Assembly (NCBI GenBank): GCA_003344405.1
Contig: NOWV01000250.1
Coordinates: forward strand, 62,001-90,354
Origin: Trichoplax sp. H2
Taxonomy: Eukaryota
DNA length: 28,354 nt
Reading direction: 5' to 3'
The notes under the pieces: generated by a model
Database searches by the model: none
The model's input: the letters and a program-made list of their open reading frames with translations, nothing else
What the model was told of the DNA's origin: nothing
Program-made: the position numbers and the translations under genes
Shown here: positions 10,701 through 20,661 of the stretch, in pieces
Position numbering within the stretch: the first letter of the stretch is position 1
Layout of the letters: every line of letters begins with the position of its first letter

Positions 10701-13700
10701 AATGTTGCTGAAATAATTCAATCAGTCCTACTTCTATCGTAAAAGATATCTAAGTTGAACATTATCATACACGATTAATATCAGTCAAACTAATATTACG
10801 GCAAAGAGGAAGGAGACTATCATAGATAGAATACATCCTATTCAGCAAGACTTTGAACTTATTAAAATAATAATAGTGAGAAAAGCAGCTGTAATAAGTA
10901 ATGTCGAAAACAAAGTAGGTATAACTGCGTTTGAATTCATTCTGAAAGATTATTACAGTTGAGAGAATAGTGGATAGAACACTAATTTCAATTAAACTAG
11001 TGAGACCGAGACGGTTCCATGGATAGATAGTACCGTACTAAAAGAATACAAGGAACATGATCGAAATTATATTAACTGTCAATAAGATTTAACCAAATCA
11101 TTTACTATATTCCTCTTCATTTTAAGAGATTCAATCAACAGAGAGAGAGAAAGAAGTGAATATACAGAGAATTAAATTCAATAATAATTACTAATATATG
11201 GTAATTCAATAGAAATTATCCGCGTAGAATAAGAAATATCTAGAAGAAAGATAATATCTCTCATTTCAATCGATTTTAGTAGGACTAATATTGCGAAGAG
11301 AAAGAGGCAATCATATAGGGAATCATATTCAATGATAATTACTAAAACACGGTAATTCAATAGAAATTGTCCACACAAAATAAGTAGGGATATCACTCAA
11401 TTCAATTGATTTTAATAAGACTAACATTGCTGAGAGAAAGATGGAATTATGGATAGAATGATATTCAACGGCAAATTACAGTAATACTATTATTATGATT
11501 GAAAATAGTACGATATTTAGTACACTAGCGCCGAACATCTTCCACGTCCAATACAAAATTTCTAGCCTAAACCTATTAATGTTGTAGAGTATTTAGATAG
11601 GACTATTATTCTAGCATATTCTCAAATGTAGGTATATAATATTTTTCCTAAATATAGAAATATTTGCAGTCTTACTGTAATATAGCCAAATTGAGCTTGT
11701 CATGTTTAGTAACACTTACAGACTTTGCTATTTTCTACAGAAAGTTGCTAATAGATATTCTATTATGGTATAGTTTGTATCTAATCCTATAATCTTCTTC
11801 TTTGAAATGTATCCTATCTCTGAATCTATAAATACCAATGATTTCTGCCTCAGATTTCGTTAGTTGCAATAGCCACGGTGTTAGTATTTTCTCATGTTAC
11901 TTCACGATAGCTTACATCCTATTCTATAGTAACTACCACATTGTATGCAATCATAGTCTACAATGAAGTATCCCTTTTCCACTAAAACCTTACTGCATTC
12001 CTCTACATGGCAACTAAATCCGCTATCGCTGACTCATTAAACCCTCCATTACAATATTATTCATTTGCTTTTAAGAAGACTAATACAGCAATAGGAAAGA
12101 ATTAATCGCGAATAGGATAACACCGTAATTAAGAGCGAGGAATTAACCGGATGTTAAAACAGTACCGGGTATAGTAGTAATTTTGAATACAATATCAGAA
12201 TTATCGAAACCATTTAAATCATTAGCGAAAGTAAAAGGACAGCAGATAGAAATAGAGAGAGAATCGTAGATAAAATGCCTTTACATACCACACGTAGCGT
12301 TTTAAGAGCAGATGTAGCAGGGCTACTAATCCTAGCTAAAATTAGAATAACATCGACTAGACCAGTAATTGTCATGACGCCATCTAAGATATTCCAACTA
12401 TCTTTTACATAGCAACGCGGCGAAAGTGCAATCAATTTTAATATCATTTCTACAAAAAAAAGGGCGGCAAAAACCTATATTCCATTATTAAAGAAGTAGT
12501 GTTATAATCACATTTTTAACAAATTATAGCATATTGATTAGATCAGCCTCAGATGTCTTCTGTACTACATCAATTTCTTTCGGAATTGAACAAGTTAAGA
12601 TTGAGATTGAACTTAGGAATTGCCAACTAGCATTACAACTTACATATTCTGCCATACTTTCCCAAAATTTTGGCTCCAAAGGATTCGATATAGCAATCAC
12701 CACAAAATCGGCTAAAACGCAGCTCATAATGAAGATTTCAAACAGAACATTCTGTACAATTTTAAGTAACACTTTTCGAAATCGTTTCCAGACAGTTTTC
12801 TTCGCCGTTGGTGCAGCTCGAACGGCAACAACGCAATTTAGTGTGGTAAATTGTATCCAATGATTTCTTGCTACTAAGGTATTGCAAACAACTCTTTATT
12901 AGTCCTATCCGTCTCGATTTTTACTACTAACTCTGTTGGTGCATAAGTAAATCACACTGTACACGGTACTCAAATCTACGATATAATTTTATCATATTGA
13001 CTGCTCTTTTCATTGTTAACAAAAAATAAAATTGCTATTAAGGTTTTTACATAATTTTGTACTGGATAAATTTTATAGAAAATTGCTTAGATTGTCATAT
13101 AATAATATACGGTAATTATCTATCCGTAAATAATGCCCATTAGTTAATGATTTTAACCTAGTAAGACTTGTATAATTTGATTTATGAACGCGACAAAATT
13201 TTTATAAAATCTCACATAGATTGCCATATAATAAAATATAATTGTTCATCCATAAATAGTGGACGGTAGTCATTTCGATCATATGATATCCTGAATTTAC
13301 TACCCATCGATCGTCTATAAAAATGCTTCCGATGCTGTATAAATTTTACCGTATCCGTGTATATAGTGCAATAATTTATTCCTAAATTATTACCACCTAC
13401 TAATTCAGTTATCTGGTATTAGCAGTACTAAACTCCTTAACAGAAGCCATTAACCAATGATTCTAATTAAGTAATGCATATTTATATTTATAAACGCTTT
13501 AATTTAATAACTTCTATCAAATGCATAATAACATGGATTCAGCTATAATTTTTATCCATGTGCAACTGGTGCATTCCACTAATGTCTTCAACCATATGAC
13601 CATTTCATTAGCAATTTATTAATAGCCAACATTCAAATGGCTAATATTAAACAGTTCACTCATGCATTTATCCATGTTATGAGGTGTGTTGATATCTAGA

Positions 13701-16700
13701 AATGCTCTCAGACTTACTAAATTAGCATAAAAGGGATCCTTCATATGTTATTATTTCACACTAAATGTGTAGAAATTATCATTGCCTAAATCTATAAAAT
13801 TACGCTGTCACATCTTTGTAATCAGAGCTTAACAAACAAAAATTTCCAAGATTGCACTATTTTATCTGGACAGTTGTTTTGTCTTATAGTGTAACAATTA
13901 GTTTCTAATAGATATTGCCATGCGTCCAGACTAATATGATGGTTAATAGTTACCTATGTTTGATTGCATGTTAGGAACCGATAGGTACGGCGACGCAGGT
14001 AATGGTCTAGCCATAGCAGGATAAGGATTATCATAGCCATTTTCCATGACATCACTATGGGCTACAGAGTCAAAGTTGGCTTTACTCATATTTGGAGTAT
14101 GCAAGGAAGTAGACAGATTTGAATTTGTACGCCTAATTTCGCTGTCATCGATTGGCATGATATCGTCTCCATTTTCGCAGTCGTTGCCATGATTATGGAA
14201 TGCTATTAATTCACGACTTATCGTTGGTTTATTTTCATCTTTATACTCACTAGGGTCTTCCTTATCTAAATGTCTACTATTAAGTGAAATACTACTCCTA
14301 ATGCCAGACAGCACAATAGGAAGTATATTTTTTCGCCTGGGAGGATACCATAAATGAGGTGGACTAGGCAAAAAGTAAGGAATAGTAGTTTGGTCTCTAG
14401 ATGTTCGAACCATTTTTTCAAAATTATTTTGCTAATAATGCAAGTTGAAAAAGAACTCTATTAGAAATATTGCTGTAACATTATCAGACAAATAATTAGG
14501 ATAAATATAAGTTTAGATCCATTTACTATAAGAGAGAAAAGTAATTACTGAATATCTTAAAATTTTCATCAATTACGCAGTACTAAAATATACGGCACGA
14601 AAATAACTTGAAGTATCAATAAATTATTATTACTTGTTCAGAACGCAACTGTTCTTGTTTACTATATGCCATAGATACCACTGCCAATATCAAATTTAGT
14701 AGATAATCACTCCCGAGAAATATAATGGCCAAAAAGTAGAAAAAGTACCAAGTATTAGATGCTTTAAGAACCTAAAGAGAACATAAAAGAATAGTTTAAA
14801 ATTTGGGACATCAATTCATGAATCAAAATACCAGTACTATCGTTTATCAATATAAAATTTTGAGTTATTAAAATTAAATTCCATGATTGTCACTGTATCT
14901 ATTAATGTTTTTATTCTATAAATTATATACTGATTGATAGTCTGAATCCCACTGATCTTGAGTAATAATTTGCAAATTAACATATAAAGACGCCAAGAAG
15001 TTATCGAAATTTAGTAGGCCATCCTCAGGATTTGGGAATATTCCTTCATAACAAGAATAACCAGAAGGACATGCCCTATAAAAAGCTGAATTTATTAAAT
15101 TCTTCTGATGCAGTCTTAATCTATCGCTATTTTAATCAGCATCATTTATGATTAAGAAAATAACTTACGTATTTATGCTAGAATTACTGCATAAAACCGT
15201 AGAGCCGCCACTATAAAGCCAGTTAGCTATGAAATATAAATCGAATTTACTGAGTTAAAAAGATAAACCTCAGTGCAATGCCATCTATTTTCAAAACATG
15301 GATTCATTCGTTAATTTTATACATTTGGTATAAATAGCTAACAAGATCTTTATGGCTTATGACACACATCAGCAAAAATCCTGTCTCACTTTTATTTTTG
15401 ATAAATAAATCAAATGATAGCCCATCGACATCATAGTCTGTCTGATTCCAATTATATGTTTTACAGCACTTTCTTGTTAAAATTCCCATAAATAATTGTA
15501 CGCCCAATAACGATACACCACATAGAAAGTATAATGTTAGAGAAAGGACTGTAACTAACATGCTGAATGATTGAAATATGGCATTCAGGATGCTCTTTAA
15601 TCCTGTTAAGAACAGATTGAAATTATCAATATCTTACTGCAACATTGCGATGAGAAAATTGCCTTCAATATTAAGTCACAATAACTGTTAATAAAATACA
15701 ATTTTAGCATAATTTATAGCCATAATTTGATTAACGTGAATAAATTCTGCGTTACAGATACATTTCGTTAAAGACCTACGCAATAATGTACAAAATCGCT
15801 AAAAGTGTAATTATAAATCAAGATGGACTAAAGGATTTTTCTTTTTTATAAATATAGGCTGAAGGTCATACTGAACAATGTCTAACATAATGATGATATA
15901 TTTAAGAAGTAAAGCGCTTATTTACATAACTGAACCTGAAATTATTGTAAACATTCGGATAGCCCTAAACACGCGAATAACGGAAACACCAGGGATTGCG
16001 TCTAACTGAGGTATGAGAATTAGATACCTATAAGGAGCATTTATAAATGAAATTCATAGTAAGCGTTCAAGATTACAGCATAACCTTGTAGTAAAATATT
16101 AAATATAGCAAGAAGTGTTTCAATAACTTAATTGCCATATTATATAAATATAGCTGATGTATAAAGCAGTAGTATTTATAGTATTTTGACATGTATTATA
16201 ACAAGACACAAAATTAGGATATCATTTACTCGTAGAGTGAGCAAGATAATAGTAGACCAAACTAATACACTAAATAATCATGTTCAATAAAGTATACATG
16301 TTGCAATCTTAATATCATAAAATTAATACAATATTATTCATTGATAAGAAGAGCTGAGGGGAAACTTACATAGCTATTTAAAACAGATTATCCGCGATAT
16401 GATAAAATTAACAAGATATTACTGATCTGCTAATAAACCTGATTGATTATATGACTTATTCCAAACGTATATTACATTTCTAGTTATTGACAGTTTGATA
16501 TTATGATACCAGAATATTACTTTTTCGTTAATAATGAAAAAATGATGGACTAGATAGTCACATTTAATCGAATCTACTATATTCTGATTTTTAATATATA
16601 AATAAGTATATATTTTGTGTGTCACAGTCGTAGAATAACTTAATACATTGTTTACGTAAGTCCTTTCGCTAAATTTGCATTTAGTTAATAAAAATACGCA

Positions 16701-19700
16701 TACAGGCTATATATTATAGTTTAAAATAACGTTCTGTTTTAAATTCGATATAATATTTGAGGGACTTTAGGTAGCATAAAATTTATCATAAGCATATTCT
16801 TGAAATGCTATGGTAGGGTAGCTAAATTTCTTAAATTAATAGATAACACACAATATATAAGTTTGAAAATGATTGTACATCTAACGGCTTAATTTTAATT
16901 ATATCTTAATAATTCAAAACATACAGTATTTATTGAGTAGTAGATATACGAATTTCTTTGCGTTGAAAAAAGATATATAAATTAACTCGTAACAAAGATG
17001 TGCTGTGCTTTACCACTCTGAGCTCAGATAAACTGCAGTATTTCGTATGCAATATACTTCATGTCGGACTGTGGAAGAGTTACTGTACGCCAAGGAAGCA
17101 ATCTTGCAAACAGTTATGTACATTTACTAGTACTATTACAGACATGTATGTGTAGTAAAGTCTTGCTAATAAGGAATAAAGTAGTTATATTAAGTTATCC
17201 AATTACTTCATTGTAATACTATGTAAGCATATTGTGTATAACATTATAGCTTTCCCATACGGATATTCTTTTCGAAATATGATAGACTTATGAGAAATTA
17301 TTAAATATTCATTTACCCTATGGTAACAATAAACAAATCCAACCAATTCCATGGATCTCTTAAAAATGTGAATTTTTTAGTAACAAGTCCCCTCGCTATG
17401 ATTTTTAACGCCATTTCCACAGTGTAAATAACGTTATACGTAATCCTGTCGGAAAAATAGTCCAAAAATATAATTATGTCTCTGTACCAGCTATAAATGT
17501 ATGTGTTGGGTAGCATTTATAAAAGTAGGATATTTATTAAAATAGACCACATAATATAAAACACAATAACATTATCTTGACGATCTCTACGCTTATTTTC
17601 TACTGTATAGCGACATAAGTGGCGACTACTATTAAACAAATCTTAAGAATAAAGCAACAAAAAACTTCACATAAACCATGCTGTAAAGTGCAATACTACT
17701 TAAATACGCATCTAAAAATTAATTGAACATCTCTTACAACAGATACTTTGGCGTATCAAACGGCAAGGCAACGACCACGCAGTTGCTTAGAATTGTCAAT
17801 AAAATAAATAATTCGAAAATCGTTTAAATAGTTAAGGATTAACGAGACGGAATTAGATACCGCACCAAGTTATTACTACACATCTATCCCTACTAATTAT
17901 GTTATAAAATCACTTAAAATATCTAGATAAACCGTTATCAAGTATAATGTGCGTTAGAAAATTAGTTATTACAATAAGAGTATACCATCACCTAAATAAT
18001 TCATAATTTAATAACACTATCTACGGGTCAGATTTTATTAGCTAATTGTTATCGATAGATGCTATGAGGGCAATATCATAATAAAAGAATCATTTAAGCT
18101 CCATGGTGCTTTACGAAGTTTAAATTTTTCCAATTATCAGTCACTATTTTCTTTATATCTAAGGTAGCGATAGAGGTTTGAAACGAAAAATGAAATTGCA
18201 CCTTCCAATTCGATATTCTAATGTTATGTACTACTTTTGATACACAAAAGGATATTGATGGGTCACAATCTTTATAGCGATATATCGAACGTAACTATCA
18301 GGATAAAACATGAATAAGGATTTTGAGTCATTGTAGCGGTGAATTATGTAGGTACCAAATCTTTTCACTATCACACAAAACGTCTAAAATAAAACGAATC
18401 ATAAATAGAATATTAAACTTAACAGATAACTTTTAAAAGCATTAGAGGATAAAAAAAGGTAATTCCCTATATATCTATGTTACTATAACAAGACAATAAA
18501 ATTCTTAGATATATCATGGTCAATACTTCTATCGAAGGCATTGAGTTTAGTCCGCATTAAATAATACCACGCAAAGTTATACTTATTCTCTATAAATTTG
18601 CCATATAGAGACTGTCATATATTGTTGCAAAAAATTATAACACAATTATAACAGATTGAAATGAGATTGTCGATAATGTTGATATGCTGACTTGAATTTA
18701 TTTAGTCAATTGTGCTCGCGAATTTAAGAAAGAATAAATTTAAAAGTTAATATTAGGGTTGAGTTAGAAATTAAAATGATTAATTGGCTAATTTAAGAGA
18801 CTGTCTCCTCCATCAAAAGGTGTTTACGTATACGAGTTTAACGAACGCAAAGTCAAGAGTGTTTTAACTCTATGGAAACACGTCCTGGGATAAACTAATT
18901 TATATATCCGCTTACTGCACCATTATATTACAGTCTATAATAAACTAGTGCTAGATCAAGAGCATAATCGGTCTGAAAAGCGTAAATGCAAACAATTTGC
19001 TGTATTTACAACTGATATGATTTCCAAAAAACAGCTGGTGTCTTATATGAAAAACTATTATAAGTAGTATACTTCCCTTTATGCAATCGTATACTACGTT
19101 ACTGTCAACTAATGCTTCATGAGTGACTAATTATAGTTATGAAATACCGTAATTTTTACTGACGTTATAGCAAAAGGACGACAGATCCTGATTTGCTAAT
19201 TAGGAGATTAAGATTATCAATATACGCTTGTATGTATTCTCATAGAAGTGTTTCTAATAAGTCTGACAGTGTTATGTACTGTATTAGAGTAGAAATATCT
19301 ATGTTAGGATAATTCATGTTAGCCTATCCTTATTTAGTTAACTTCTAATTTGGATATACTGTGTTTTAATATAGCATTGACTTTTTATGACAGTGGCACT
19401 TATACATATACTGAAATTAATAGTTATAATAGGGAATGCAAATCATCTACTTACAGTTCCAATCATTGTGATTGTAATTTACTTATGGTAGATCGTAAAT
19501 TATCATGGAAATGTTCCGTGATAGGACATATCGTAATCTGACTATTCTGTATTAGTCATTACATGTCTATGTTCGTTAATACTGTTGTCTGCATTAACGG
19601 AGCAGTAGCTAAAATTAATATCTGATTCAGAAAATGATTCCAATGTTAATTGTATTAACTATGACTCATGAATTATTGAGGAATAGTATATAAATGCAGC

Positions 19701-20661
19701 ATATCGAGTAATAAACAGAATTCTCAAACTTAGTGTTTAACGTAAAATACGAGGCGTTTAAGTCTTTGCGTAGTCTGCTAGTAGAGCAAAAGTGTTTGTG
19801 ATAGTGCAGATATCATTCCTTGATACGTGGTTCAAGAAATTGACTTATTGATCGTATATTACGTTATCTTGTTGCAAAGCTGTTTTGTGACAATAAGATA
19901 AGCTATTATGGAAAGGTTAAGATAGTATATTCATTAAAGCGTGCAATAAATAAGGTTTCTGTTGGGAATTATAATCTATATAATCTTGTGACCTGCGTGT
20001 GAAGACCGCGAATAAGGAAATACTTATATAAACGCAATAATTCAACAATAACATTATTCTCCACCCTTTCTAAGACTTCTCGCCTTGTAGCAAACTAACG
20101 TAAAGTCAGAAATAGTTATCCTGAAGGCTTCGATATATTCAGTTACAAACATTACCACTACACGATTTTTTATCCTAATATAAGTCTAAGCCGGACATAT
20201 TTATAACTGCCACGCATAGCCTGGTGATAAAATACTGGTAGTACTATATATTTTAAGCATATCTATCTCATTTTTCTTATAGATTTATTCGTCAAGTTGA
20301 CGTAATCAGGCCATATTTTAATCATTTCCAATCGCTATGAACATAGAAAATAGCCTAAAAACTATTATAATGCTCATCTGTTTCGCATATGGTACTCTAT
20401 TACTTATTTTGCAGTTATAATTCAAGTCTTCAAACCATAAATTCTTACCCCATTTTGCATTGCATCATAGTCTTCGACGTATTTACCAACAACATGACTC
20501 TCTTCTAACTTACGATATTTAACGGCCAATTCATCAGTACTAGTAGTAGCTTCAACCTCGCTTTCGCTTTCGTCAACCTCTTCAACATCTTGTCGTTCTA
20601 TTTTAGTTTTTCCACTTGCTTTAATACCAACATTAATAACACTTACTTTTCGCTGCTTCAT
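555..20661 (-). CDS. Gene A: voltage-gated sodium channel alpha subunit (Nav2-like, 4x6TM), 25 coding exons, ~2231 aa, filter DEDA
   Basis: Exons join in frame (6696 nt incl. stop). Four repeats with S4 and P-loops IITQDQW / ILCGEW / IATLDGW / LSTAAGW, a DIII-DIV linker and a C-terminal EF-hand-like region (FFETWAKYDPEATQFI). An in-frame TGA lies just upstream of ATG 20661. Confidence 0.93.
1718..1883 (-). other. U12-type intron with AT-AG termini (gene A, DIV S1-S2)
   Basis: Donor ATATCCTTTC, branch-like TTTTCTTGAC ending at 1734, acceptor TGCAG; phase 1, same position as the paralog intron. Confidence 0.8.
1884..2022 (-). CDS. Gene A exon 24 (DIV S1)
   Basis: 139 nt, same as the paralog exon; ends at ATATCCTT U12 donor. 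Confidence 0.88.
2343..2465 (-). CDS. Gene A exon 23 (DIII-DIV linker, ALFTESQLHWYRMMKRL)
   Basis: Matches the IFMTEEQKKYYNAMKKL region; TAG acceptor, GTAAAT donor. Confidence 0.92.
3478..3615 (-). CDS. Gene A exon 22 (DIII S6)
   Basis: GVFLTLNLIAGVIIDQF; 138 nt, same as the paralog exon. Confidence 0.93.
3608..4020. repeat. Degenerate tandem repeat, ~173-bp unit, ~2.3 copies
   Basis: CTCTACA(A/G)TAGTATGATT at ~3705 and ~3878; AAT(C/A)TTTCTAA at ~3609, 3781, 3953. Confidence 0.8.
4396..4710 (-). CDS. Gene A exon 21 (DIII S5 and P-loop HIATLDGW)
   Basis: IPSIVNVFLVCSIFWLIF...GVQLFAG; filter Asp at 4438-4440. Confidence 0.95.
5670..5786 (-). CDS. Gene A exon 20 (DIII S3-S4, NIINSIRPIRIIPR)
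   Basis: TAG acceptor, GTGAGC donor, phase 0-0; clear paralog at 27946-28050. Confidence 0.9.
6009..6182 (-). CDS. Gene A exon 19 (DIII S2-S3)
   Basis: 174 nt, MDYYLTIFFTVELALEF...PWKIVDVIIV; TAG acceptor, GTAAGT donor. Confidence 0.9.
6412..6630 (-). CDS. Gene A exon 18 (pre-S1 and DIII S1)
   Basis: IRRKALLVLDN...IILLLIVMHSVLL; donor GTAAGT; phase-0 acceptor TTGCAG (less certain). Confidence 0.78.
7120..7830. repeat. Degenerate tandem repeat, ~225-bp unit, just over 3 copies
   Basis: TTGTAGCC...AATAC at ~7126, 7361, 7583 (variant at ~7810); CCGTAGTTCAA(G/A)TCTAT three times. Confidence 0.88.
8081..8688 (-). CDS. Gene A exon 17 (linker with 14-aa repeats)
   Basis: Within ORF 7997..8725; phase-1 TAG acceptor, donor GTAAGA. 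Confidence 0.8.
8769..8873 (-). CDS. Gene A exon 16 (linker, EGDEGRQ...METLQQ)
   Basis: Strong TTTTTTCTACAG acceptor, GTATGA donor, phase 1-1, open frame. Confidence 0.7.
9005..9919 (-). CDS. Gene A exon 15 (DII-DIII linker, 915 nt)
   Basis: Long open hydrophilic frame; phase-1 acceptor and donor match neighbours. Confidence 0.8.
10003..10246 (-). CDS. Gene A exon 14 (DII S6 end VLNLFLALLLSS + linker start)
   Basis: Nav-diagnostic VLNLFLALLLSS; donor at 10002 or 9996 (same phase). Confidence 0.88.
10322..10663 (-). CDS. Gene A exon 13 (DII S4-S6, P-loop FRILCGEW)
   Basis: DII filter Glu at 10415-10417; canonical splice sites. Confidence 0.95.
11140..11470. repeat. Degenerate tandem repeat, ~150-bp unit, 2+ copies
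   Basis: GGTAATTCAATAGAAATT at ~11201 and 11351; GATTTTA..A.GACTAA.ATTGC..AGAGAAAGA twice. Confidence 0.8.
11615..12052 (+). repeat. Dispersed repeat, copy 2 (gene A intron 12)
   Basis: Same-orientation diverged copy of 60-558. Confidence 0.85.
12289..12474 (-). CDS. Gene A exon 12 (DII S2-S4)
   Basis: EMILKLIAL...WNILD...LKTLRV; TAG acceptor, GTATGT donor. Confidence 0.93.
12644..12873 (-). CDS. Gene A exon 11 (end of linker + DII S1)
   Basis: WKRFRKVLLKIVQNVLFEIFIMSCV; donor GTAAGT; acceptor is a TAGTAG tandem (12873 or 12870). Confidence 0.82.
13060..13290. repeat. Degenerate tandem duplication, ~130-bp unit
   Basis: TAGATTG(T/C)CATATAATAA at ~13088 and ~13217, each followed by ATCC.TAAATA; fainter copies may extend to ~13600. 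Confidence 0.65.
13954..14431 (-). CDS. Gene A exon 10 (DI-DII linker)
   Basis: Open 478-nt hydrophilic frame overlapping ORF 13943..14413; phase-0 acceptor, phase-1 donor GTAACT. Confidence 0.8.
14634..14771 (-). CDS. Gene A exon 9 (DI S6, IIFLGSDYLLNLILAVVSMAY)
   Basis: NLILAVVxMAY motif; canonical splice sites. Confidence 0.93.
14931..15075 (-). CDS. Gene A exon 8 (DI P-loop, CPSGYSC...NFDNF...IITQDQWD)
   Basis: DI filter Asp at 14955-14957. Confidence 0.93.
15169..15226 (-). CDS. Gene A exon 7 (DI extracellular loop, NWLYSGGSTVLCSNSS)
   Basis: LCxNSS motif; TAG acceptor, GTAAGT donor; phases 1 and 2 fit. Confidence 0.88.
15390..15602 (-). CDS. Gene A exon 6 (DI S5, GLKSIL...GVQLFMGILTRKC)
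   Basis: GxQLFMGxLxxKC motif; CAG acceptor, GTGAGA donor. Confidence 0.93.
15936..16027 (-). CDS. Gene A exon 5 (DI S3-S4, VSVIRVFRAIRMFTIIS)
   Basis: 92-nt exon, RxxRxxR pattern; TAG acceptor, GTTCAG donor. Confidence 0.9.
17317..17445 (-). CDS. Gene A exon 4 (DI S2-S3, ...KIIARG...FTFLRDPWNWLD)
   Basis: Nav-diagnostic FLRDPWNWLD; CAG acceptor, GTAAAT donor. Confidence 0.95.
17738..17821 (-). CDS. Gene A exon 3 (DI S1, IFELFILLTILSNCVVVAL)
   Basis: Follows AC acceptor; donor GTAAGA; phases match both neighbours. Confidence 0.88.
17822..18255 (-). other. U12-type AT-AC intron (gene A intron 2)
   Basis: Donor ATATCCTTTT at 18255, branch TCCTTAAC at 17838-17831, ends ...TTAAAC; removal restores the frame (H-Q-I-F). 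Confidence 0.93.
18256..18383 (-). CDS. Gene A exon 2 (TFCVIVKRFG...YIAIKIVTH)
   Basis: TTTTAG acceptor; matches Nav N-terminal TFxV...RxIAIKI motif; ends at U12 donor ATATCCTT. Missing from the ORF track. Confidence 0.9.
20449..20661 (-). CDS. Gene A exon 1 (N-terminus MKQRK...YVEDYDAMQNG)
   Basis: ATG, donor G|GTAAGA phase 0; VEDYD resembles the Nav N-terminal LEDLD motif. Confidence 0.75.

Noticed and set aside
15603..17316. Duplicated mutually exclusive DI S3-S4 exon (like vertebrate 5N/5A)
   Set aside because: No second RxxRxxR exon was visible in the flanking introns.
555..20661. Assignment as Cav, NALCN or a pseudogene
   Set aside because: Nav-specific motifs (FLRDPWNWLD, ILCGEW, VLNLFLALLLSS, the TESQ linker, DIV Ala) and an intact frame across all exons argue against these.
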